Source: Nitrospinales bacterium
Lineage (GTDB): Bacteria > Nitrospinota > Nitrospinia > Nitrospinales > VA-1
Direction: 5' to 3'
DNA length: 64,000 nucleotides
Assembly (NCBI GenBank): GCA_965223345.1
Contig: CBDCWG010000012.1
Span: forward strand, 2,208,001 to 2,272,000
Shown one piece after another: positions 19,745 to 28,739 of this stretch (its first letter is position 1; each line of letters opens with the position of its first letter). The position numbers and the translations under genes are program-made. Under the pieces are notes generated by a model. That model saw only the letters and a list, made by a program, of their open reading frames with translations, did no database searches and had not been told where the DNA came from.

Positions 19745-19757
19745 TCGGGTTCCGGTT

Positions 19758-20756
19758 TCAGAGTGTGACGTTTCTCAGGGTTTCGGCGGCGGATTCGGGC
19801 AGAACGGGATTGATGTAGAACCCGGTGCCTTGCTCGAAGCCCGCCATACGGGTCAGTTTGGGCATGATTTCGAAATGCCAGTGAAAGCGGTGCTCAAAAT
19901 GTCCGGTCAGGGGGGCGGTGTGCAGAAAAAAATTGTAGGGCGGTGCGTCCAGGGCCTGCCGCATGCGGTTCAACGACTCTTTGAAAATCGCGGCGAGCCG
20001 TTCGAACACCTCGGGGGTGCTGTTTTCGAAATGCGCGGCGTGGAACCGGGGCAGGATCCACATTTCGAAGGGAAACCGCGGCGCGTAGGGGCACAGGCAG
20101 ACGAAGGTTTCATTCATCGCCACGACCCGTTGCCCGTCCTTGATCTCCTGTTCGATGAGGTGACAGAAAATGCAGCGCTCTTCACCTTCAAAATGAAGAT
20201 TGGCTCCGGCGATTTCCTCGTTGACCAGTTCGGGGACGATGGGCAGCGCGATGAGCTGGCTGTGTGTGTGCTCCAGCGTGGCCCCCGCCACCTCGCCGTG
20301 ATTTTTGAATATGAGAATATAACGGAAGCGCGCATCCTGTTTGAGATCGAGAATCCGCGACCGGTACGCCATCAGGCAATCGGCGAAGCCGGATTCGGGC
20401 AGTTGGTCCAGATCCAGCGCGTGATCGGGGGATTCGATGATCACTTCGTGCGCGCCGATGCCGCTCAACTTTTCGAACAGCCCTTGGGAGGTATCCTGCA
20501 TGTCCCCTTCGATGCGCAGGGCGGGGAATTTGTTGGGAACCACACGCAGGCTCCAGCCGGGACCGTCCGGGGGCAATCCCTCGGGGCGGATGGCGTGCAC
20601 CTCCGGCGGCGTGGTGGATTCGTTGCCGGCGCAGAAGGGACACAGGCCTTTGTGGTTTTTTTTAACGGGACTGGGATATTCCTGCGGCCGTTTGCTCCGC
20701 TCTGTGGAAATGATCACCCACCGGTTGACGATGGGATCCTTTCTCAATTCGGGCAT
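19758..20756 (-). CDS. galT: GalT-like sugar-1-phosphate nucleotidylyltransferase
   Basis: MPELRKDP, CPFCAGNE, VVPNKFPAL, GAHEVIIE, HTHSQ active site and GFEQGTG. Confidence 0.88.
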   Translation of the reverse strand: MPELRKDPIVNRWVIISTERSKRPQEYPSPVKKNHKGLCPFCAGNESTTPPEVHAIRPEGLPPDGPGWSLRVVPNKFPALRIEGDMQDTSQGLFEKLSGIGAHEVIIESPDHALDLDQLPESGFADCLMAYRSRILDLKQDARFRYILIFKNHGEVAGATLEHTHSQLIALPIVPELVNEEIAGANLHFEGEERCIFCHLIEQEIKDGQRVVAMNETFVCLCPYAPRFPFEMWILPRFHAAHFENSTPEVFERLAAIFKESLNRMRQALDAPPYNFFLHTAPLTGHFEHRFHWHFEIMPKLTRMAGFEQGTGFYINPVLPESAAETLRNVTL

Positions 20757-21025
20757 GCGGGGAAATCTCCGTGCGGGTTGGCGGACGGTGGAAGAGGGCA
20801 GAAAATTCAGAACGGCAATACTAATGAATGGTCTCATAAATGTCAAACCGCCGCCGGACGGGCGCTTGTCACCGGCCGGGAGGTGAGGGGAATGCCATTG
20901 AATTCAATGCGGTGAGGGCCTATAATCGACGGTAAGCATCCCATTGATAATCACGGCGGCGGGGCCGGACCGGGCCTTGCCGCACCATGCGGGACTCAAT
21001 GTTGAACCGCGATTGAAATCGGGCC

Positions 21026-22234
21026 ATGTCTGGATCGCTTAAAGGAAAAACCATCGTTTTGGGAGTCGCCGGGGGGATCGCCGCCTACAAGGCGGCCGAG
21101 CTGCTTCGCCTTTTGACCGGCGCGGGTGCGGATGTGTATGTGGTGATGAGCGCGAACGCCAAACAGTTCGTGACGCCGCTGACCTTCGAAGCGCTTTCAG
21201 GCCATCCGGTTTACCACACGGTGTTCGACGCCGACGACGCGCATTCCATGCAGCATATCAAGGCGGCGGAAAATGCCGACCTTCTGGTGGTCGCGCCGGC
21301 AACCGCCGGCTCGATCGGCAAAATGGCGGGCGGTCTGGCCGACGACGCGTTGTCCAACCTGTTCGTGGCCTTTCGCGGCCCGGTGATTCTGGCGCCTGCG
21401 ATGAACGACGGCATGTACGCCAACGCGGCGGTGCAGGAAAACATCTCCAAGATGAAAGTGCGTGGCGTCGAGTTTGTGGATCCCGAGCACGGCGAGCTGG
21501 CCTGCGGTTCGGTGGGGCAGGGGTGTCTTGCGGACCCAGCCCGTATCCTCGAAGCGGTGCAAAACCGCCTGCGGCTGCGCAACGATCTTGCGGGCTGCAA
21601 GCTATTGGTGACGGCGGGGCCCACGCAGGAGCCGCTGGATCCGGTGCGCTATCTGTCCAATCCCTCGTCGGGGAAAATGGGGTTCGCGGTTGCGGAGCAG
21701 GCGCGCTTGCGCGGTGCGGAGGTGGTTCTGATCAGCGGACCCACGCGGCTGCCCGCGCCGGAAGGGGTGAGCCTGCACCGCTGCCAGCGCGCTGCGGAGA
21801 TGCAGGCCCTGGTGCTCGAGCACTTTCCGCGTTGTGATGCGCTGGTGATGGTGGCGGCGGTGGGCGATTTCACGCCGGAGACGGTTGCAAAGGAAAAGAT
21901 CAAGAAAAAGGGCGGCGAGCCCCTGACGATCAAACTCGTCCCCACGCCGGACATCCTCGGCGAAGTCGCCAAAATCAAGACGCGTCAGGTGGTGGTCGGG
22001 TTTGCGGCGGAATCCGAGAACCTCATCGAGAGCGCGCAGGCCAAACTGCGCAAGAAAGATCTGGACTGGATCGTCGCCAACGACATCAGCGCTCCCGGCA
22101 TCGGGTTTCAGTCCGACTCCAACCAGGTGACGATCCTCAGCCGCGAGGGCGGCATCGAACCCCAGCCTCTGCTGAGCAAAAAAGAAATTGCCGGCCTGCT
22201 GCTCGATCGCATCAAAGCGCGGCTTTCCTCCTGA
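21026..22234 (+). CDS. coaBC: Phosphopantothenoylcysteine decarboxylase/synthetase
   Basis: GGIAAYKA, APAMN, GELACG, TAGPTQEPLDPVRY, SSGKMG and GFAAES. Confidence 0.97.
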   Translation: MSGSLKGKTIVLGVAGGIAAYKAAELLRLLTGAGADVYVVMSANAKQFVTPLTFEALSGHPVYHTVFDADDAHSMQHIKAAENADLLVVAPATAGSIGKMAGGLADDALSNLFVAFRGPVILAPAMNDGMYANAAVQENISKMKVRGVEFVDPEHGELACGSVGQGCLADPARILEAVQNRLRLRNDLAGCKLLVTAGPTQEPLDPVRYLSNPSSGKMGFAVAEQARLRGAEVVLISGPTRLPAPEGVSLHRCQRAAEMQALVLEHFPRCDALVMVAAVGDFTPETVAKEKIKKKGGEPLTIKLVPTPDILGEVAKIKTRQVVVGFAAESENLIESAQAKLRKKDLDWIVANDISAPGIGFQSDSNQVTILSREGGIEPQPLLSKKEIAGLLLDRIKARLSS

Positions 22235-22281
22235 AACACCCTTTGACGGGTGTCCTTCGTTCTTTCCCCAATTTCTGAATT

Positions 22282-23223
22282 CTACTTCAAGAGTGTGATG
22301 AGTTTGGTGCGGTTTGAGATGTTGAACTTTTTGTAGATGTTCTTGAGGTGGGTACGGATGGTGTGGATGCTGAGGTAAAACCGTTCGGCGATCTCGCGGT
22401 CGCTCAGCCCGTCGATGACCAGCATGCGGGTGATTTCCATTTCCCGTTTGGAGAGACCGGCTTTCTGCATCAACAGCTGACTGCAGGAATTGAGCTGTTG
22501 CAGGGAATGGCCCTGTGCGACTTTTTTCTTGGGCGTATCCTTTGCGGTTGTTTGCCGCACGAGGCTGACAATATTCTGTTGCGTCAATCCCGGAGTACCC
22601 ACTTTATGCAGTGTGTGGCAGGTGAACACGGTGTTGCCGGTTTTTGCGAGGCAGCGGATATCCAAGGAAAAACCGTTGAGGGTGCCTGAGAACACCTGGT
22701 TTGAGAGGAAAAAATAGTTCTCCGCATCTTCGGGGTGGATCAACGCATTCCAGTTCAAATCCAGCAATTCCCGCCGGCTGTCGTAACCCAGGGTTTCGCA
22801 AAGATGCTGATTGACGTCCCTCAGCTTATGTTTGCTACAGGAGAGGGCGATCCCCAGAGGTTCGCGAAAGCTGAAATTGAAGTCGGAGTTGAGGACCGCG
22901 TTTCTGTCCTGCGACAGCCGTTCGTGGAGATAAACCCCCAGGTTGAGAATCTGCAATTCATCGTAGCGGGAAGTCAGCGGGCTGTTTGGATATTTCCGCG
23001 TTCGGGGGGGCAGCTTCGGGGCAATCCATCGTTGCTCTTGCGGAGCGGGGGAACCGAGGCCGAATTTTTTGATGTGGATGAGATCCGATTTTGCCGGATG
23101 AATTTTACGCCTGCCTCTGGCTGTGGGGGTGCCGGAGTCCACGCACGGTTCTGATTGCTGCAGCGCTTGTTTGCGTGAGGAGCCGATGTTCGACGGCTTT
23201 GCGCGTGTCTTTACTCCAGCCAT
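22282..23223 (-). CDS. PAS + LuxR-HTH transcriptional regulator, divergent from the curli genes
   Basis: PAS (VNQHLCETLGY...LIHPED) and C-terminal LSKREMEI...GLSDREIAERFYLSIHTIRTHLKNIYKK. Start uncertain. Confidence 0.85.
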   Translation of the reverse strand: MAGVKTRAKPSNIGSSRKQALQQSEPCVDSGTPTARGRRKIHPAKSDLIHIKKFGLGSPAPQEQRWIAPKLPPRTRKYPNSPLTSRYDELQILNLGVYLHERLSQDRNAVLNSDFNFSFREPLGIALSCSKHKLRDVNQHLCETLGYDSRRELLDLNWNALIHPEDAENYFFLSNQVFSGTLNGFSLDIRCLAKTGNTVFTCHTLHKVGTPGLTQQNIVSLVRQTTAKDTPKKKVAQGHSLQQLNSCSQLLMQKAGLSKREMEITRMLVIDGLSDREIAERFYLSIHTIRTHLKNIYKKFNISNRTKLITLLK

Positions 23224-23995
23224 GTGAAGGTCCCCGAATCAACCAAAAGCCGTTTCCTTAAGAATCGTGAATATAAAGTGAGAGAATTCGCAGCGTTGAA
23301 TTGCGGCACTGCAGAAATCCGGCTGTCCTTCTTTTGGATCGAATGTGTCCTGGGGGGATCCGGCCGATCGCCCGCATGGATCTCAATGCGCCTGTATCAT
23401 TTTGTGCTGATGACAATATAGGCAAATTCAAAAATGCGCAATGATTAAATTTGATTATCAATAAGAGTGCAGAAACAAAATTGAGTTTGATAAAGCTGAT
23501 TTGTTTAAAAAAGAGTCAAATGGGGTGGGGGAGGGGCGAAACCCATTTCCGGTAAAAAATGGGAATGCCTATAGTGGCTTTTTTCTAAATCTGTTGGGAT
23601 TGTTGAAATACCGTGAACAATATCCCCGGCGATTCATTCATTGGCATTATTGAGAAAAAATGGGTTCCCGGTTTCTATAAAAGGTTTGATTATTTTTTCA
23701 GATGGAGGTTCTCAAAGGCCGTGCCGGGAGCCGGAGTGGGTGGTCCGTATCGGTCCTTTTGTGGAAATTCGCCCGTAAAGTCCGCATTGCTTTTAACGAG
23801 TTTTAATGATTTTGATGCCAATCTAATCAAAACGCCACGGATACAGATCCAAAAAATCCTCTTATTTTACCTTCCTCGATAAACTTTCATTCTATTTCTT
23901 TCTTTTAACTCTTCACTTTGTCGATGATTTCTGACGCGGTTTGTAAGGGAATTGCGAGATCATCGATAGCCTCAATAAATCACTACTATTAGGTA

Positions 23996-24024
23996 TTGCC
24001 AATCATTTGGCTGAGGCGTACTGT
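23996..24024 (+). promoter_or_regulatory. Putative sigma70-family promoter of the curlin operon
   Basis: TTGCCA-17 bp-TACTGT about 225 nt upstream of ATG 24250. Confidence 0.45.
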
Positions 24025-24249
24025 GCAAAAACCCACGAGTCCAAATATGTGATTTGCGTCCGCTGTTTTTGCGATTCAGGTCACATATAAATTAAAGAAT
24101 TCAAATGTAAGTCTGAAAGGGAATCTGGCCGGAAACCCTTTCCTGACAGATTTACATCCCGACATTTATTGATATGTGTTTTCAAAACTACCGGAGACAT
24201 TCGTTCGCAAAACATCGCAGCGGAAAAATATGAAGGGGGAGGTCATTTT

Positions 24250-26124
24250 ATGAAGGGCAATCCGCGAGACTCAAAATCCCATCTGTTTCAGCTCACCGCA
24301 ATACCTTTGTTTACATTCCTTGCTTTCATTTTTCTCATTGCCAATCCACTGCAAAACGCCATGGCCGAGTTGGTCGAGATCCAGCAGGACGGAAGTGAAA
24401 ACGCGGTCATTGTAGACACAAATCCCACATCTTCTCTTGAAGCACTTGTATCCATCGAGCAGGTCGGGGACAGCAACTCGTTTCAACTGACACGTGAGGG
24501 CGACGGTCACATATTGGATTTGAGCCAAGTCGGGCCTGATAATTTCGGAGACTTCACACAAACCGGTTTCGCAAACATCATCCGCCTGGCGCAAGTCAGT
24601 CTTGGTGATAACGCAGGCAACTCCGCAACGATCGAGCAGAGGGATGGCACCGGCAACGAGGCGACGGTTGAACAAGACGGGCTTTCCAATCTTTTGGTAC
24701 TGGCGCAGGTTGGCAACGGAAATATTGGATTCATCACTCAAAACGGTTTTTCCAATCAAACCACTGCTTCCCAGACTGGAGATATCAATACTCTGAATAT
24801 TTCACAGACCGGCCAGGAGCAGGTGGCCTCTGTTGTGCAGGATGGTTCCGGCAACAGAGCGACCGTCACTCAAAACGGTGGCCCTACAAACCTGGCATCG
24901 GTTCTGCAGGTTGGGCAGGGGCATGAGGCCACGGTCAATCAGGATGGCAGCAACCTGAGCGCAAACATCACGCAAAGTGAAGGTGATTTCAATGTCGCGA
25001 GTGTCACTCAGATCGGGCAGGAACATCTGGCGACGCTGCTGCAGCAGGGCACGAACAATCAGGGGACGATCACGCAGCAGGGCGGTCTGACGAATGTCGC
25101 CTCGCTGGAGCAGATCGGCCAGAGTCATACCGGAATTATATTCCAGGACGGCAGCAACCTGACGGCGAATGTCACGCAGACCGGCGGCAGCTTCAATGTT
25201 GCGTCCGTCGAGCAAGTGGGTGAAGACCTGCTGGCAACGATTCTGCAGGATGGCAGCGACAACACTGGAACAGTGATCCAAAACGGCACGTTCAACGTCG
25301 TGGCCCTGCTGGAACAGATTGGGGACGGCAATAACGCGACCATAAACCAGAACGGTGAAAATCTGGATGCGAGTATCGTTCAGGATGGAAACACCAACAC
25401 GGCAAACGTGACCCAGGACGGCAGCAGCCTCATAGCCAGCGTCACCCAGACCGGAGACGACAATGCGGCTACGGTCACCCAGGATGGCAGCAACATCATC
25501 GCCAGTGTGACACAGAGTGGCAACGGCAACACGGCTTCCGTCGATCAAACAGGGGACAGTCTGGATGCCAGCGTCACTCAGACGGGAGACAGCAACACGG
25601 CTACGGTCACTCAGGATGGCAGCAACCTGGTTGCGAGCATCGACCAGGATGGCATCGATCATGAAGCCACTATTCTGCAAACCGGCAATGATCTGGATGC
25701 AACCATTGACCAGAGTGGTTCGGGGCAAACTGCTCTCATCACTCAGGACGGCAGCAATCTCAATGCGAGCATTCTGCAGTCCGGCAGCGGGAATATCGGT
25801 GAGATCGCGCAGAACGGCAGCGACCTGGCCGCGGGCATCATCCAGCAGGGCGGATCCGGAAACGTTGGATTCATCCAGCAGGGTGGCAGCGGAAACATTG
25901 CGAATATTTTTCAGGACGGCAGCCTGAACCAGGCGTCGATCGTCCAGTTCGATAACAACAATAATGCGACGATCAATCAGCTCGGCAACGGAAACCTTGC
26001 CGGAATCATTCAAAGTGGTGGCAGCAATTCCGCGATCATCAATCAGACCGGCGGCGGCCCCGCTGTTATCGTGAATCAAACCGGCAATGGGGTGTTCCCC
26101 TTGCCGATCGTTCCGGGACCCTGA
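24250..26124 (+). CDS. Giant curlin-repeat protein (about 25 repeats), CsgB/CsgA-like
   Basis: Signal peptide followed by about 51 strands of N-x-A-x-[IV]-x-Q-x-G; lies upstream of csgEFG; GGAGG SD. Confidence 0.9.
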   Translation: MKGNPRDSKSHLFQLTAIPLFTFLAFIFLIANPLQNAMAELVEIQQDGSENAVIVDTNPTSSLEALVSIEQVGDSNSFQLTREGDGHILDLSQVGPDNFGDFTQTGFANIIRLAQVSLGDNAGNSATIEQRDGTGNEATVEQDGLSNLLVLAQVGNGNIGFITQNGFSNQTTASQTGDINTLNISQTGQEQVASVVQDGSGNRATVTQNGGPTNLASVLQVGQGHEATVNQDGSNLSANITQSEGDFNVASVTQIGQEHLATLLQQGTNNQGTITQQGGLTNVASLEQIGQSHTGIIFQDGSNLTANVTQTGGSFNVASVEQVGEDLLATILQDGSDNTGTVIQNGTFNVVALLEQIGDGNNATINQNGENLDASIVQDGNTNTANVTQDGSSLIASVTQTGDDNAATVTQDGSNIIASVTQSGNGNTASVDQTGDSLDASVTQTGDSNTATVTQDGSNLVASIDQDGIDHEATILQTGNDLDATIDQSGSGQTALITQDGSNLNASILQSGSGNIGEIAQNGSDLAAGIIQQGGSGNVGFIQQGGSGNIANIFQDGSLNQASIVQFDNNNNATINQLGNGNLAGIIQSGGSNSAIINQTGGGPAVIVNQTGNGVFPLPIVPGP

Positions 26125-26281
26125 AGCAAGGCGGGTTCCTTAAAATAAGCAGTTGAATGAATTTTATCGTTCGATCAAGAAAGGAGGAAAAAACCGTTTG
26201 TTTGGAAGTGAACGCAGTAAAGCTAGCTTTAATGCAACAGTTGAAAATTCTCTTTATTCACAAAGCTAAGGGAGAAAAACA

Positions 26282-27535
26282 ATGAAACGGTTTCATATGA
26301 GTATTATCGCTGTTTTCGCGGCGGTATTGCTGACCGGAAGCCTGGCGATGGCGGATAACGAAGCAAACGTCAACCAGGATGCTTCCAAAAACAATCAGGC
26401 TGAAGTTGAGCAGCTGGGCAACAGCAGCACCGCCAATGTTGACCAGAGCTACAGCCAAGGCAATACGGCATCTGTTTATCAGAAAAACCAGACCGGCAGC
26501 CATCAGACTGCAAATATCTATCAAAGCGGCAATGCTTCCAATTGGAACAGCGGTCAGATCGACCAGGTCTTTTCCCAGGGCAGCAATGCGACGATCGATC
26601 AGAATTGGACGGAACGAAGCGTCGCCTACATCGGACAGAACGATGTCTGGTGGACGGATGCCGAGATCGAGCAGCATGGCGGTGATCACATGGCCAGCAT
26701 TCACCAGAGTTCTCTTAACGGGAATTATGGCGATCATTCCTATGCCCGGATCGAGCAGCATGGCTGGTTCCAGAGCGGTAAAATCACCCAGCAGGGCAGC
26801 AGCTATACGAAAGCCCACATCCATCAGACGGGTGATTACCACAAAGCCGAAATCGATCAATACGATGCCGATGACAGTAAAGCAGTTATCAAGCAGAGCG
26901 GCGTCGTGGGTTATGGCAATGGCAACAAAGCCAAAATCACCCAGACCTATGTCGATTATTCCGAGGCTTCCATTGAACAGTGGGGCGAAAGGAACCGCGC
27001 ATGGGTGAACCAGTTCAGAGGTGAAGGCCTGAAAGCCGAAGTGATCCAGAAGGGCAAGGACAACAAGGCAACCGTACACCAAAGCGGAAAAAATCATAGT
27101 GCCAAGGTGCATCAGGGAGCTTTCGGCAACGGTCCTTGTCAATTTTGTAATGCCGTTGTGTATCAGCATGGTACCGGTGGACATAACGCTCACATTGACC
27201 AGAACGGTTACCAGCTGACGGCTCTGGTTGCTCAGACTGGGCAATTTGAAAACAACGCTAATGTCAGCCAGATTGGTGGTTCTCAGAATCTCGCCATCGT
27301 GATTCAAGGCGAGGCCCCGGAAGCCATCGGTCCGGCAGACGGTCCTTGGGAAGGCAAGCATGCCTGGAAAAACTCCATGCCCATGGATCCGGATATGCCC
27401 TGGATTCCCTACAACCGGGAAATCAGAGATCCGAAGTTTGTGAACTGGACGAAGGACAGCCCGCATGGTGCTAATCCCTATCGTTCCGGTCCGAGTGTGT
27501 TCCCGGGTGGCGGCGTTTTCCTGGGACCGCAGTAA
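26282..27535 (+). CDS. Curlin-repeat protein (about 13 repeats) with a C-terminal non-repeat tail, CsgA-like
   Basis: Signal peptide MKRF...SLAMA, about 26 x-x-A-x-[IV]-x-Q strands, a CQFC motif and a Pro-rich tail. Confidence 0.88.
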   Translation: MKRFHMSIIAVFAAVLLTGSLAMADNEANVNQDASKNNQAEVEQLGNSSTANVDQSYSQGNTASVYQKNQTGSHQTANIYQSGNASNWNSGQIDQVFSQGSNATIDQNWTERSVAYIGQNDVWWTDAEIEQHGGDHMASIHQSSLNGNYGDHSYARIEQHGWFQSGKITQQGSSYTKAHIHQTGDYHKAEIDQYDADDSKAVIKQSGVVGYGNGNKAKITQTYVDYSEASIEQWGERNRAWVNQFRGEGLKAEVIQKGKDNKATVHQSGKNHSAKVHQGAFGNGPCQFCNAVVYQHGTGGHNAHIDQNGYQLTALVAQTGQFENNANVSQIGGSQNLAIVIQGEAPEAIGPADGPWEGKHAWKNSMPMDPDMPWIPYNREIRDPKFVNWTKDSPHGANPYRSGPSVFPGGGVFLGPQ

Positions 27536-27606
27536 GACAAGTTGGATAAAGCCATTGTTTGAAGTCGTGGGTGAAGTTTCTTGATTGACTTCTCCTAAGA
27601 TTCGAA

Positions 27607-27647
27607 TGGGAAGAGGGGGGGGGTCCTCCCTCTTCCACGGCTTTTTT
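27607..27647 (+). terminator. Terminator-like hairpin between the curlins and csgE
   Basis: GGAAGAGGG...CCCTCTTCC stem followed by ACGGCTTTTTT. Confidence 0.65.
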
Positions 27648-27658
27648 AATGAACGGAT

Positions 27659-28162
27659 ATGACTGAAATACAAAAAAAAAGATATGGCATGAAAACGTTT
27701 GAAACCTGTGGTGAAGGGTTCCCTGTGTCCGTGGGGTCTCATCACCAAGCGCTTCAAACGATCCTGTTGTTTGCATTTTGCCTGATATTTGTTTTTGCAA
27801 TGCTGGTTACTCCGGCAGCGGCTCAGAAGGATCTTGGCGAAGATACCGACGAATGGCTGGGCATAACCGGACTCATCGTCGATGAAACCATGACGAAAGC
27901 CGGGCGGGATTTCTACGAATATTTCAGCACCTATTGGCAGCCCATTCGCGGGATGGATTACACGATCTATATCGAGGAGCGGGCGGATGTGATTCGCGGC
28001 AGCCAGTTCTGGGTGAAAGTCGATGACGATGTGGTGCATCAGTTCCGTCTCAGTCCACGGCAAGGGCAGATCGAAGAACTCGCTGGATATACCGTATCGA
28101 GAGTTTATGGCTACCTCATGCAGCGTCTCACGGTTAAAAAACAACTCGAAGAGCTTTATTAA
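27659..28162 (+). CDS. csgE: Curli assembly protein CsgE
   Basis: GLIVDETMTKAGRDFYEYF...W...YTIYIEER...GSQFWV...LSPR. Start may be 27689 or later. Confidence 0.92.
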   Translation: MTEIQKKRYGMKTFETCGEGFPVSVGSHHQALQTILLFAFCLIFVFAMLVTPAAAQKDLGEDTDEWLGITGLIVDETMTKAGRDFYEYFSTYWQPIRGMDYTIYIEERADVIRGSQFWVKVDDDVVHQFRLSPRQGQIEELAGYTVSRVYGYLMQRLTVKKQLEELY

Positions 28163-28180
28163 TTTTATTTGAGGAACATC

Positions 28181-28612
28181 ATGAAATCATTCATTGGATT
28201 TTTGGGGCTGGCTCTTGTGATGAGCTTTTTTGCGATCGCAAAGCCCGTTATGGGAGCGGAGCTGACGCATAGTTTTGTCAACCCGAACTTCGGAGGAAGT
28301 CCTTTCAACGGGGCGCATCAACTGGCCAACGCCACCTCGCAGAACAAGTTCAAAGAACCGCAGGATGCTTTCAGCAGTTCTTCCTTTATTCAGTCTTTTG
28401 CAGACAGGCTGGACAGGGCGATTGTCAACCAGCTTGCTTTCAGTCTCGTTGACAATGCTTTTGATGGTGTTGATGAAATCGGCGATGGCGTTTTCGATAC
28501 CGGAATCAATACCATTACGGTTGAGAGTCTGGGTGACTCCACTCTGGTTACGATTCAGGACAACGCAACGGGCGAGTCTTCCACAGTGGAAATTCCCAAC
28601 TTTACGCCCTGA
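28181..28612 (+). CDS. csgF: Curli assembly protein CsgF
   Basis: Signal peptide then ELTHSFVNPNFGGSPFNG...ANATSQNKFKEP; C-terminal TGESSTVEIP. Confidence 0.93.
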   Translation: MKSFIGFLGLALVMSFFAIAKPVMGAELTHSFVNPNFGGSPFNGAHQLANATSQNKFKEPQDAFSSSSFIQSFADRLDRAIVNQLAFSLVDNAFDGVDEIGDGVFDTGINTITVESLGDSTLVTIQDNATGESSTVEIPNFTP

Positions 28613-28739
28613 ATAATAAAAATATAAAGCAGGAACAATCTTCAACTTATATAAATGGAAGGGATGAGGATAGAAATTCCGCTTTTTCTGGAGACAGATG
28701 GGACCGGGAGCGGATAAAGAAATCCTCAGGACATCAGCG

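Noticed and set aside
24030..24249. c-di-GMP riboswitch in the curlin leader
   Set aside because: I could not find the GEMM consensus (GGCAAA...GAAA...GACGCAAAG); it is reported only as unexplained hairpins.
24800..26080. Periodic DNA repeats that might suggest a CRISPR array
   Set aside because: They are in-frame, degenerate at third positions and encode curlin repeats; there are no constant repeat/unique spacer units and no cas genes.
27672..27680. A9 tract at the csgE 5' end as a phase-variation switch
   Set aside because: An in-frame ATG at 27689 lies downstream of the tract, so slippage need not inactivate the gene.
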